A stretch of DNA of 64,000 nt from Arenicellales bacterium. GTDB lineage: Bacteria; Pseudomonadota; Gammaproteobacteria; Arenicellales; JAJDZL01. Where the stretch lies: contig OZ243980.1 in the NCBI GenBank assembly GCA_965214875.1, positions 984,009 to 1,048,008 of the forward strand, read 5' to 3'. The position numbers and the translations under genes were made by a program. Under the pieces are notes generated by a model that was given only the letters and a program-made list of their open reading frames with translations, was not told the DNA's origin and did not search any database. Within the stretch, counting starts at the first letter, position 1; every line of letters begins with the position of its first letter. Shown piece after piece: positions 39,851 to 48,547 of the stretch.

Positions 39851-41305
39851 TCATCTGAGTGCCGTGTTGAGCAGATCGAGCGCAAATTCCGAATCGAAAA
39901 ACAAAAAGATGCAGCCCGCGGCCGAAGTCGCCATTGCAATTCGAATCGCCCATGGCGCTTCGCCGATTGCGCCTGTTTCGCTGGGCACTGGAAAGAATGC
40001 GCGAATGCAGATCGGCATTAAGTACCCCACGCTCAGCATGGGGCCGGCAATCAGGGCAAGAATCAAAATCCAATCCGAGGTCTGCACAATGCCTTGCAGC
40101 AAAAACCACTTGCTCCACATGCCGCCAGTCGGCGGCACACCGACGATGCACAGGCTTCCGATAAAAAAGGCGATCATTGTAAACGGCATCCGATAGCCGA
40201 TGCCTCGAAGTTCGCTCACCTCAGTCTTGTGCGCAGCAACCATGATGGCTCCAGCCCCAAAGAACAGGGTGATTTTACCGAAGGCATGCATAAGCATATG
40301 CATGCCCCCTCCGATTGCGCCCCATGCAGTCGCAGTCAACGCGCCGAGAACAATATAGGAAAGCTGGCTGATTGTCGAGTAGGCCAGCAATCGCTTCAAG
40401 TTGGTTTGCCGACAAGCGATGATGCCGGTGGCGATGATGGTGAAAGCTGCCGCGTAGCTCAGAATTTGGTGCATCGAAAGCTCGGCCAGCAGATCAATTC
40501 CGAAGAGATAGATGACGATCTTCAAAATGGTGAAAACACCTGCCTTGACTACCGCGACGGCGTGCAGTAGCGCACTCACCGGAGTTGGGGCGACCATCGC
40601 TGCCGGAAGCCAGCGGTGAAAAGGCATCAGCGCAGCTTTGCCGACCCCGAAAACATACAAAACCAGAAGCGTATTGAGCAAGACCGTATCGATCTCATCG
40701 GAAAATACGCCACCTTCTGTGAAATCCAAAGTGCCGGTTGCTGCATACGTCCAGATTAGCGCGAGCAGCAGCAGTCCGATCGAGGTGCCGAGCAGCAGGA
40801 ACAGGTAGACTCTCGCAGAACGCTTTGCGTGCTCGTGGCCTGCATGGGCTACCAGGGGAAACGTTGACAGCGTTAGTGCCTCATAGAAGAAAAAAAGCGT
40901 GATGCCGTTGGCTGCAAAAGCGATGCCAAGCGTGCAGCTGATCGCAATCGCGAAGAACATGTAGAACCGGGTCTGATTCGCTTCGCCATGGCTGCGCATG
41001 TAGCCGATCGAATAGATTGATGTGACGATCCACAAGAAGCTTGCAATCAATGCGAATAGGATTCCCAGCGGTTCTGAAGCAAACGAAAGCGCGATGCCGG
41101 GCAAAGGTTCGATCAGCGTGAATGATGCATCGAATCCTCCGTTTGAGTTGGCATAGATGGATGCCACCAGCGCGAAGGTGGCGACGGCGCTGATGATCGT
41201 CGCGCCTTCCCGCGCATTCGGGCGCTTGTCAAGCAGCCTGATGAGGATAGCGCCAATAAGCGGCAATGCTATCGATAGCGCGAGTGCGTTTTGGGCCGCG
41301 ATCAC
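39851..41305 (-). CDS. Mrp antiporter subunit D-like (second paralogue, 484 aa)
   Basis: Has the family block HRWLPAAMVAPTPVSALLHAVAVVKAGVF. The GTG start (VIAAQNALAL) overlaps the upstream stop (GTGA). Confidence 0.8.
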   Translation of the reverse strand: MIAAQNALALSIALPLIGAILIRLLDKRPNAREGATIISAVATFALVASIYANSNGGFDASFTLIEPLPGIALSFASEPLGILFALIASFLWIVTSIYSIGYMRSHGEANQTRFYMFFAIAISCTLGIAFAANGITLFFFYEALTLSTFPLVAHAGHEHAKRSARVYLFLLLGTSIGLLLLALIWTYAATGTLDFTEGGVFSDEIDTVLLNTLLVLYVFGVGKAALMPFHRWLPAAMVAPTPVSALLHAVAVVKAGVFTILKIVIYLFGIDLLAELSMHQILSYAAAFTIIATGIIACRQTNLKRLLAYSTISQLSYIVLGALTATAWGAIGGGMHMLMHAFGKITLFFGAGAIMVAAHKTEVSELRGIGYRMPFTMIAFFIGSLCIVGVPPTGGMWSKWFLLQGIVQTSDWILILALIAGPMLSVGYLMPICIRAFFPVPSETGAIGEAPWAIRIAMATSAAGCIFLFFDSEFALDLLNTALR

Positions 41306-42783
41306 CGAATCAGCCTCATGATCGAATTGGCAGCATGAATTGCCTGGGATCCGGTAAAGGTGGCATGAATGCCAAAGTAGATATTGGCAATGACCAGAAC
41401 CCAAGTCGGGACGAGCAGCCACGCGGGCGCTTCTGAGCGTTGTACAGAAATTGTGTCATTCTTTCTAAAGTAGGCAGCTTCGACTATTTTCCAGACATAG
41501 GCTGCGGTGATTAGCGATCCGATCAAGACGATTCCCGCAAGCCACCACAGGCCGCCTTCTAGCGAGGCGGAAACCAGATACCATTTGCTGATAAATCCGG
41601 TGGTAAACGGAACGCCGATCAGGCTGAGTCCTGCGACCACGATTGCCGCCGTGGTCCAGGGCATTCGGCGTCCAGCATTGGTTAAAGATTCCATCGATGC
41701 GGTTCCGGTCATCAGTATCAGTCCGCCGATCGCCATGAATGCTGCGGACTTCATCAGTGCATGATTGAAAAGATGAACGAACGAAGCTGCGACTCCCGGC
41801 ACTGAAGCGAGCCCGATGCCGATCACCATGTATCCGATCTGACCGATGCTCGACCAGGCAAACAGCCGCTTCAGGTTGGTTTGAAAGAAGGCGATTGTCG
41901 ATGCGATCAACGCCCCTGCGATGCCGGCGGCAACGAGAAGGTTGAAGACAAACGCGAATTCGAGGGCGAAATCGGTGGTGAAGACGCCGAATATCATGCG
42001 CGCAAACACGTAGACTGCGGCCTTTGTCGATGTACCTGCGAGAAACACGGTCACCGCGTTCGGAGCGTATGCATAGGCATTCGGCAGCCAATAGTGCAAA
42101 GGGAATACGGCAATCTTGATGCCGAGCCCCATGATGACGAAAATGAAGGCGGTTTGCGCGGTCCGGTTGCCCGCAAGCTGCGGCACGCGTTCGGCGAGGT
42201 CGGCCATGTTCAGCGTGCCGGTCAACGCATACAGCAAGCCGATGCCGATGAGAAAGAAAGTCGCGGCGACTGTTCCCATGAACAGGTATCTCAGGGCCGC
42301 GGTCAGGCATCGCCGATCCTTGCCGAGACTGATCAGAATGTATGACGATAGGGAGGAGATTTCGAGAAAAACGAAGACGTTGAAGACATCTCCCGAAACG
42401 GTGATCCCCGAAAGACCCATGAAACAGAGTATCCAGGCGGTGTAAAGCCATTTCTGTTGATGCTGCGGAACTTCGGCGCTGATGCTCTTCGGCGCGTAGA
42501 TGATCCCGGCCAGATAGATGAAGCTGATGATCAGCAGCACGAATACATTCGCATAGTCGATGCGGTATTCTATCCCCCAAGGTGCCGCCCAGCCGCCGAG
42601 CGAGTACACGATGGTGCCGGTCATGTTGACTTGCAAAAGCAGCGCGAGCGAGATGATGCTGCAGGCGATGCCGGTTAGCGCAGCAATTGCCCAGGCAATC
42701 CGGTGGTTCCAAGCCAGTACGCATAGTGGTGCGGCAAGAAGCGGGATGACGATCTGCAACGCCGTCAAATGTTGCGTAAACAT
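41302..42783 (-). CDS. Mrp antiporter subunit D-like (first paralogue, 493 aa)
   Basis: Has the family block HYWLPNAYAYAPNAVTVFLAGTSTKAAVY. The Met at 42783 (MFTQHLTALQIV) is preferred. The 103-residue Arg/His-rich extension in the track ORF overlaps mrpC out of frame. Confidence 0.8.
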   Translation of the reverse strand: MFTQHLTALQIVIPLLAAPLCVLAWNHRIAWAIAALTGIACSIISLALLLQVNMTGTIVYSLGGWAAPWGIEYRIDYANVFVLLIISFIYLAGIIYAPKSISAEVPQHQQKWLYTAWILCFMGLSGITVSGDVFNVFVFLEISSLSSYILISLGKDRRCLTAALRYLFMGTVAATFFLIGIGLLYALTGTLNMADLAERVPQLAGNRTAQTAFIFVIMGLGIKIAVFPLHYWLPNAYAYAPNAVTVFLAGTSTKAAVYVFARMIFGVFTTDFALEFAFVFNLLVAAGIAGALIASTIAFFQTNLKRLFAWSSIGQIGYMVIGIGLASVPGVAASFVHLFNHALMKSAAFMAIGGLILMTGTASMESLTNAGRRMPWTTAAIVVAGLSLIGVPFTTGFISKWYLVSASLEGGLWWLAGIVLIGSLITAAYVWKIVEAAYFRKNDTISVQRSEAPAWLLVPTWVLVIANIYFGIHATFTGSQAIHAANSIMRLIR

Positions 42784-43157
42784 CAATCTCGCTCGCTTTG
42801 TGCTGCTTCGTGCGCTTCGATGTCGTCGATGGTGCCGAACTTGGCGCGAATGCGAATAACCAGCGCTAAGCCGACCGCAGTTGTCGCTACGCCGACGACG
42901 ATGGCGGTAAGGATTAGCACGTGGGTCAGCGGGTTGGAATAAAGCTGGTGAGATTCGGTCAGTATGGGGGCGGTTGCGCCTTTGACCTTGCCGATGCTGA
43001 TATAGAGGATGAACGCGGAGGTTTGGAAGATATTGAGCCCGATGATTTTCTTCACATAGTTGCTGGTCGCAAAGATGATGTAAAGCCCGCACGTCATCAG
43101 CCCTACAACGGCCCAGTAGTTGAACGACGCCGGTATTTGTGACAGCAAGTCTGGCAT
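42783..43157 (-). CDS. mrpC: Mrp antiporter subunit C (NuoK-like)
   Basis: 124 aa with three TM helices and NuoK/MnhC-like sequence (GLNIFQTSAFILYISIG). Confidence 0.8.
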   Translation of the reverse strand: MPDLLSQIPASFNYWAVVGLMTCGLYIIFATSNYVKKIIGLNIFQTSAFILYISIGKVKGATAPILTESHQLYSNPLTHVLILTAIVVGVATTAVGLALVIRIRAKFGTIDDIEAHEAAQSERD

Positions 43158-43159
43158 TC

Positions 43160-43591
43160 TTAGTCTTCGTCTTGCGAGAGGCGATGCGAAGCGAAGCAGT
43201 AGAACAGGCTGATCATTACCGCTGCCACCGTCAGCCCGACACCCAGTTCAATCAGTATGATGCCAACATGCTGTCCAACCACCGGATCTTCAAGTAGCAC
43301 GCTGTAGTTGAGAAACTCGCCCCCGCGCAACATCGCGACGACGCCGACACCGGTATAAACAAGCACGCCGAGTGCCGCAACAGCGCGAACCACCGATTCT
43401 GGCGCCACCATCAGGGTCGTGCTGATGCCGAAGATCATTCCGTACAGCACGAATCCTGCGCCGAATATCACGCCAGCTTGAAATCCGCCGCCTGGTCCGT
43501 ATTCGCCATGAAACTGGACATACAGCGCGAACACCATGATGAACGGCATCAGCAGCTTGGCGACGACATGGAGTACCGGATGATGCTTCAT
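43160..43591 (-). CDS. mrpB: Mrp antiporter subunit B (MnhB domain)
   Basis: 143 aa with four TM helices and a MnhB-like block (YVQFHGEYGPGGGFQAGVI). Confidence 0.8.
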   Translation of the reverse strand: MKHHPVLHVVAKLLMPFIMVFALYVQFHGEYGPGGGFQAGVIFGAGFVLYGMIFGISTTLMVAPESVVRAVAALGVLVYTGVGVVAMLRGGEFLNYSVLLEDPVVGQHVGIILIELGVGLTVAAVMISLFYCFASHRLSQDED

Positions 43592-44127
43592 TGGCTCGAT
43601 TTGCGCTTTTGGCTGCGTCGTTTGCGCTGCGCGCCGAGCAGTGAAATAACGCCGATGCCAGCGGTAAACACCACAACGACCTCGCCAAGCGTGTCGTAGC
43701 CCCGATAGCTCGAAAGCACCGATGTCACAACGTTGGGGATGCCGATCTCGTTGGGGGAATCGAGCAGATATCTTGGAATGACGTGGGTGTTGGGCGGAGC
43801 GTTAGGATCGGCGAAGTCCGGCATTCCTGACATTCCGAATAACAGAATCGCTGCAAAAATGCCTGCTCCCACCACTGCTGGAAGCAGTCTTGGAAAGTGC
43901 TGAACCTTGGTAAACCGCATTTTTGTTACGGCTAGTGCGCCAAGCATCAAGATAGTGGAAATGCAGGTTCCCACCGCCGCTTCCGTAAATGCGACATCCA
44001 CAGCGTCGAGTACCACGAAAAGACATGCTGTCAAGGCGCTGTAGATCGCGAATAGCATCACTGCTGTGAACAAATCTCTGGCGTATGCGATTGCGATGCC
44101 GATTGTCAGCAGAAAGCACAGCAACAC
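43588..44127 (-). CDS. DUF4040 / MbhD-MbhE-like membrane protein (stand-alone MrpA C-terminal-like module)
   Basis: 179-aa polytopic protein. It occupies the position of MbhD/E in Mbh-type gene order. The block YRGYDTLGEVVVVFTAGIGV is typical of this module. Confidence 0.65.
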   Translation of the reverse strand: MLLCFLLTIGIAIAYARDLFTAVMLFAIYSALTACLFVVLDAVDVAFTEAAVGTCISTILMLGALAVTKMRFTKVQHFPRLLPAVVGAGIFAAILLFGMSGMPDFADPNAPPNTHVIPRYLLDSPNEIGIPNVVTSVLSSYRGYDTLGEVVVVFTAGIGVISLLGAQRKRRSQKRKSSQ

Positions 44128-44144
44128 GATGTTGACAAGGGTTT

Positions 44145-44468
44145 CTATAGCTGCTTTACCTCAAAGTCGGCAACAGGTTTCATGCCGCCATGGACGGCGG
44201 CTTTTGCGAGCGCATGCGACGAGGTCGGATTTGTGAACATCAAAAAGATCAGCATCAAAAAGATCTTTAGTGACACCAAAGTGAGCCCGGCTTCGACAAT
44301 CAGTCCGAGCAGAATCAGTCCAATGCCAGCCGTGTCGGTAATCCCGGCGGCATGGACGCGAGTGAAAAAATCCGGGAATCGCAGTACGCCGATATTGCCC
44401 GAAAGGACAAACAAGGCACCTGCAACCAGCAGTATGTCGCGCAGCAGGTTGAAAGTCAGCTCCATCAT
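44145..44468 (-). CDS. mrpG: Mrp antiporter subunit G
   Basis: Has the MnhG motif LRFPDFFTRVHAAGITDTAG. 107 aa. Confidence 0.85.
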   Translation of the reverse strand: MMELTFNLLRDILLVAGALFVLSGNIGVLRFPDFFTRVHAAGITDTAGIGLILLGLIVEAGLTLVSLKIFLMLIFLMFTNPTSSHALAKAAVHGGMKPVADFEVKQL

Positions 44469-44755
44469 GCGGATTCGTCGTCGATTTGCTGACCGCTATG
44501 CCCGAGGTCGCCGTATTCGTAGAATTTCAACACCGCAATGGTCACAATGAAGTTGCAAAGCGCGTAGACCAATGCGATATCTAGAAAGTCGGGACGGCCG
44601 GTTACAAACCCGTAGATTGCGATTACCAGCACGGTCTTGGTGCCGAAGTTGTTAATTGCCAATAGCCGATCGTAGATAGTCGGTCCAAGCAAGGCTCGGA
44701 TGAGCAGCATGCTCATGCCGACGAGTATCGCGATCAGGGCAGCGGCTAGAATCAT
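44465..44755 (-). CDS. mrpF: Mrp antiporter subunit F
   Basis: 96 aa with three TM helices and a MrpF/PhaF-like block (GPTIYDRLLAINNFGT). Confidence 0.8.
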   Translation of the reverse strand: MILAAALIAILVGMSMLLIRALLGPTIYDRLLAINNFGTKTVLVIAIYGFVTGRPDFLDIALVYALCNFIVTIAVLKFYEYGDLGHSGQQIDDESA

Positions 44756-45244
44756 CTACTTTGCCTTAGGGTGGATTGTTGTTTTAAGCACCTTGGAAGC
44801 CATTTCGCCTCGCTTTAGGGCGTTAAGCAAATCGTGCTGCACTGTGTGAACTATGAGGCGGTCATCGGCAACATCCAGCGTGAGCGTGCCTGGTGTCAGC
44901 GTGATCGAGTTTGCATACAGAACCTTTTCGACCTCGTTCATCTGCCTGGCATCAAGCGCCGCGACTGCCGGCTCAATCCTAAGCTTCGGCGACAGGGCGA
45001 ACCGGGCTACGGTGACGCTGGATGAGAGGATTTCCTTGATGAGCCAGCCAAGGTACGGAATGATTCTCCATGACACCAGGTAGACCGGATGGCCTTCTTG
45101 ATCGGCGATGTCCATGCGCAGCGCGAGAAAACAGACGAAAGCGCACGATATAGCACCGAAACCGAGGAGAAGCCCTGTGTAGTAGCCAGACAGTGCGAGC
45201 CAGAAAGCCGCAAGGAAAGCCAAAGGAACTACGACGGTCTTCAT
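44756..45244 (-). CDS. mrpE: Mrp antiporter subunit E
   Basis: Has the MnhE motif ANSITLTPGTLTLDV. The Met at 45244 (MKTVVVPLAF) is preferred over the track start at 45310. Confidence 0.8.
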   Translation of the reverse strand: MKTVVVPLAFLAAFWLALSGYYTGLLLGFGAISCAFVCFLALRMDIADQEGHPVYLVSWRIIPYLGWLIKEILSSSVTVARFALSPKLRIEPAVAALDARQMNEVEKVLYANSITLTPGTLTLDVADDRLIVHTVQHDLLNALKRGEMASKVLKTTIHPKAK

Positions 45245-45535
45245 TTGAATTGCAAGTTCAGGAGTTTGCTTTTTGTCAAATCGCAAGAGCGTGTCGGCAT
45301 GTCGACACATGTTTGTGGAATCGAATTATATATTTCGCTTTACCTGAACGAAATGCGAAATTCCATTTCGGTTTCGCTGGCAAGGTGCCGGCGGGCAACT
45401 TTTATGGCTGTCATGCGAACATGAGGCGCTACACCCTCGCAAGGCAGACGTGATTGCAGTTTTGTTTTGTATACAATCATTCACAAAGACGCACAACCAA
45501 GGCTTTCGCCGGCCGATTCGGAATCGAGGCAATAA

Positions 45536-46633
45536 ATGATAGATCAAAACATACATATGAAGGGCGGAGGATACTACTCCGCTAATACTATGGGCGCTAA
45601 GCATGTGGTTGATCGTGCCGGCAAATTGATTGACGAAACAATCGATCGAGTGAATTTCCAGCCTGCAGGCCGTTCCTTCAACATCGTAGATTACGGCGCA
45701 GCTGATGGCGGCACCTCGCTGGATCTTGTCCGCAAGATCGTTTCCAAGGTAAGACGGAAAGCGCCAAGCCAGCAAATCTCCGTGACTTATACCGATTTGC
45801 CTCATAATGATTTTTCGTCATTGTTCCGAATGCTGCATGGGCAGGTCGATGGAGTTTCGGGATACCTCAGCGATTTTCCTGAAGTATTCGTTAGCGGTGC
45901 AGGAACAACGTTCTACAAGCAGATTGTCCCTGATTCGTCGGTAGATATCGGATTTTCAGCGACAGCAATGCATTGGCTGTCCAGGATGCCGGGGGCGATT
46001 GACGACCATGTTCATGCGGTCGGTGCCAAAGATGAGCAATGGCGAGTGTTTCGAAACTTTGCGCTTGCCGATTGGGAGAGGATTCTCATTCATCGTGCGG
46101 CGGAAATGGCGCCTGGCGCATTACTGGTCATGGCCAATTTTTGCATTGATGAGCAAGGCCGATACCTTGGAAGCACGCGAAGCGCGAACATGTTCGACAG
46201 CTTCAATTGCTTGTGGTCTGATATGGCCGCTGAGGGATTGATTGAAGAGTTGGAGTATCAGGCTACCGTGTTCCCGCAGTTCTACAAGACGCTTGAAGAA
46301 TTCCGTGCGCCTTTTGATGATCCGCAAAGCGCCGTGTCGCGTTCCGGCCTGCAGCTTGAAACGGTTTTCACCGGATTGATCGAATGTCCGTATCGTGCGG
46401 AGTTTGATCGTGTCGGCGATCCGGCATCATTTGCCGAAGCTTATGTTCCGACGTTGAGGTCTTGGAGCGAGAATGTCTTTTTCAGCGGACTGAGTTCGAA
46501 GCGGCCGGCGCAGGAAAGACGCGAGCTGGTCGAGGAGTTCTACGCCCGATATGTCGATTTGGTTCGGCAAGAACCGAATCGACATGCGATGGACTATGTG
46601 CACGCCTACATGTCGGTCAGAAAGGCTGGGTAG
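45536..46633 (+). CDS. SABATH-like (Methyltransf_7) SAM-dependent carboxyl/other methyltransferase
   Basis: Matches the plant-SABATH block order: MKGGGYYSANT, IVDYGAADGGTSL, YTDLPHNDFSSLF, GAGTTFYKQIVPDSSVDIGFSATAMHWLSRMP. GAGG lies 8 nt upstream of the ATG. Confidence 0.7.
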   Translation: MIDQNIHMKGGGYYSANTMGAKHVVDRAGKLIDETIDRVNFQPAGRSFNIVDYGAADGGTSLDLVRKIVSKVRRKAPSQQISVTYTDLPHNDFSSLFRMLHGQVDGVSGYLSDFPEVFVSGAGTTFYKQIVPDSSVDIGFSATAMHWLSRMPGAIDDHVHAVGAKDEQWRVFRNFALADWERILIHRAAEMAPGALLVMANFCIDEQGRYLGSTRSANMFDSFNCLWSDMAAEGLIEELEYQATVFPQFYKTLEEFRAPFDDPQSAVSRSGLQLETVFTGLIECPYRAEFDRVGDPASFAEAYVPTLRSWSENVFFSGLSSKRPAQERRELVEEFYARYVDLVRQEPNRHAMDYVHAYMSVRKAG

Positions 46634-46786
46634 GCCATTGTTGACTCGATTGCCGATCGTTTGCTGCTTTAGTGGGCGGCAAGGGGGTTGGCTCAAGGGC
46701 GTCCGATCAAGATTTTCTTCAACCTCAAAATCTTTGGCAGGCAACCCATTTTTTAGTGAAGTCGATTGCGTTTGCCGAGCGCCGCT

Positions 46787-48046
46787 TTACAGCTCGATTG
46801 AAAAACCGTTTAGAAACTGTCTTCCCCATAGCAGATTCTTATCCGCATTGCTCAGTTCGGCTTCCTCGCAAACTTCATCCCAATGTTGCTCGATTGCAGT
46901 GGTGAGCTTTGCGAAGATGTTGCAAGCTTGATTCTCTGAGAGCAAGAAGTTGTGCGCTGTTTGCAGACAGGATTTAAGCTGGCTAAGATTGTTGTTCCCG
47001 CAGATCAGCATTGCTTGCGAAGCTTCGTTGCCCGCCCGATTTTGCGGGCAGATGTCATAAGCGGGCGTGAGCGATAAATCATGGCCATCCCAAAATGCAG
47101 CGTGATTGCGCGCGTGATCGTCGGTGTTGCCGCAAAGAATGTTGAATACGAGTCGCGAGAATACTTCGTGAAGGGTTTGTTTCGGGCTTGTGAATCGGTG
47201 ACGGATGATTTCGGCAAAAGTTTCATAGCTGGCGTAGCGTGCCATCATTTCGTCGAGGCCGAGCAATGTGAGCGCAGAGATCAATGACTTTCGAAGCCAT
47301 GAATTTTGTTTTGAGATGCGATCAAATCGCTCGATCAGAAGCACGTCCTTGCCAGCGACTCTGGTCAGCTTGACCGGTGCGGCATTCAGTCCCGCCAAAG
47401 CCGCTAGCCGCATTGCGATGAACTCGGCTTTGACGATGCTATACAAATCCGTGCTGGTCGAAAACTTGGCTATGTATTTCTTGTCGCCGTCTTGCAGCAG
47501 CGCTTTCGGTCGTGCGCCCCCAATCGAACTGCCATGAAACAATGCTTGATCCAGCTCTGGCGTGAGAGGGAGTCCTTTTTCGATTCGATCAGACGATTTA
47601 AGCAGATCTTCCAAGCATGGATTATGAGCGATGCGCGGCGCGTATTCGGTAGGTGAGCGTTGAAAGTCAAGGTTCCCGATACGATCGGAGCCGGATTCAA
47701 GCAGATAGGTAAGTTCATCTAGCCTGTCAGTATCTGAACTAGCCCCCTTGAGCCCCAGTAATTTATTGAGAATAACCCGTCGTCCCCATGCATCAGGTGC
47801 GGCATCTCGGATGCAGCCGGGCATCATTAGGCCATCCGCCAAGGGCAATATGCCTGCTTGCAAGGGCAGCTCCGGCTCATAGATCGATATGGCGCGCTGA
47901 ATGCCTCCAGTCCGTTCAAGATAGCTTTCGCCGTAGTTGAACCAGATATAGCCGCCGTCGGATTCCAGCCGTCCAGCTACAATAGGCTCTGTTGCATTTG
48001 GCAGCCATATCCAGACGAAAGCTTCTCGCTCGCCACTAGAAGTCAT
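46787..48046 (-). CDS. hipA: HipA-family serine/threonine kinase toxin
   Basis: Has a HipA N-terminal coupling region and the catalytic loop GNTDDHARNHAAF. The Met at 48046 (MTSSGEREAFVWIW) overlaps hipB by 11 nt. Confidence 0.9.
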   Translation of the reverse strand: MTSSGEREAFVWIWLPNATEPIVAGRLESDGGYIWFNYGESYLERTGGIQRAISIYEPELPLQAGILPLADGLMMPGCIRDAAPDAWGRRVILNKLLGLKGASSDTDRLDELTYLLESGSDRIGNLDFQRSPTEYAPRIAHNPCLEDLLKSSDRIEKGLPLTPELDQALFHGSSIGGARPKALLQDGDKKYIAKFSTSTDLYSIVKAEFIAMRLAALAGLNAAPVKLTRVAGKDVLLIERFDRISKQNSWLRKSLISALTLLGLDEMMARYASYETFAEIIRHRFTSPKQTLHEVFSRLVFNILCGNTDDHARNHAAFWDGHDLSLTPAYDICPQNRAGNEASQAMLICGNNNLSQLKSCLQTAHNFLLSENQACNIFAKLTTAIEQHWDEVCEEAELSNADKNLLWGRQFLNGFSIEL

Positions 48047-48374
48047 CGCGCACGGTCTTGGTTTTTTTGCGGATTGACTTAGGCAGCAGCTTGAGCTCTT
48101 TTTCGGTTTGATGCAAATGCGTTGCCAAAGTGCTCTGGTCGGCATCAAAAAGCTGAACGCCGACTATGGTTGCCACTTCGAATACTGCGCCGATTGAGCA
48201 CTTTAGATCGCCTTTCTCGATTCGTTGCAGCAGCGCTCTAGAGATTCCAGCGCGATCAGCTACCGCTTTTACGGTCATTCTGCGCTGTTTGCGCGCCGCG
48301 CGAATCGTTGCGCCGAGAAGTGTCGATGCAGTTCGACAATAGCGCGAGTAGGGGCGAGGCATGGATTTAGGCAT
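48036..48374 (-). CDS. hipB: HipB-like XRE-family HTH antitoxin
   Basis: Has the Cro/C1 HTH segment MTVKAVADRAGISRALLQRIEKG and lies directly upstream of, and overlapping, hipA. Confidence 0.85.
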   Translation of the reverse strand: MPKSMPRPYSRYCRTASTLLGATIRAARKQRRMTVKAVADRAGISRALLQRIEKGDLKCSIGAVFEVATIVGVQLFDADQSTLATHLHQTEKELKLLPKSIRKKTKTVRDDF

Positions 48375-48381
48375 TTGAGAT

Positions 48382-48433
48382 TATGATGCATATATAAATC
48401 ATAAAAACATTATATGATGCATATATAAATCAT
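48382..48433 (-). promoter_or_regulatory. Two identical 21-bp operator-like repeats with an embedded TATAAT upstream of hipB
   Basis: TATGATGCATATATAAATCAT occurs at 48382-48402 and again at 48413-48433, a 31-bp period. Each copy contains the dyad ATGAT-N10-ATCAT. A TATAAT on the hipB strand lies at 48409-48414. Confidence 0.65.
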
Positions 48434-48547
48434 TAATGCGTGTTTTCAGCTTTGGAGCGTGAATGTTGATACCGGTAGTCTGGAAATGCGCAAAAGCCAA
48501 TTTAGGCTGCTTGCGCGAAGCGATGGATGAAGAAACCCGGCAGAGAT

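Noticed and set aside
41465-42724. A 419-codon alternative-frame ORF inside the first MrpD-like gene. The N-terminal extensions of the track ORFs at 43092, 41422, 39939 and 45310 belong in the same category.
   Set aside because: The composition is Arg/His-rich and non-membrane-like. These ORFs overlap well-supported membrane-protein frames, and the internal starts give overlapping or adjacent junctions with upstream stops.
48382-48433. Direct repeats considered as a mini-CRISPR or tandem array.
   Set aside because: There are only two copies, each is internally palindromic, and they sit on the hipB promoter. An operator interpretation fits better. No other repeat-spacer structure exists in the window.
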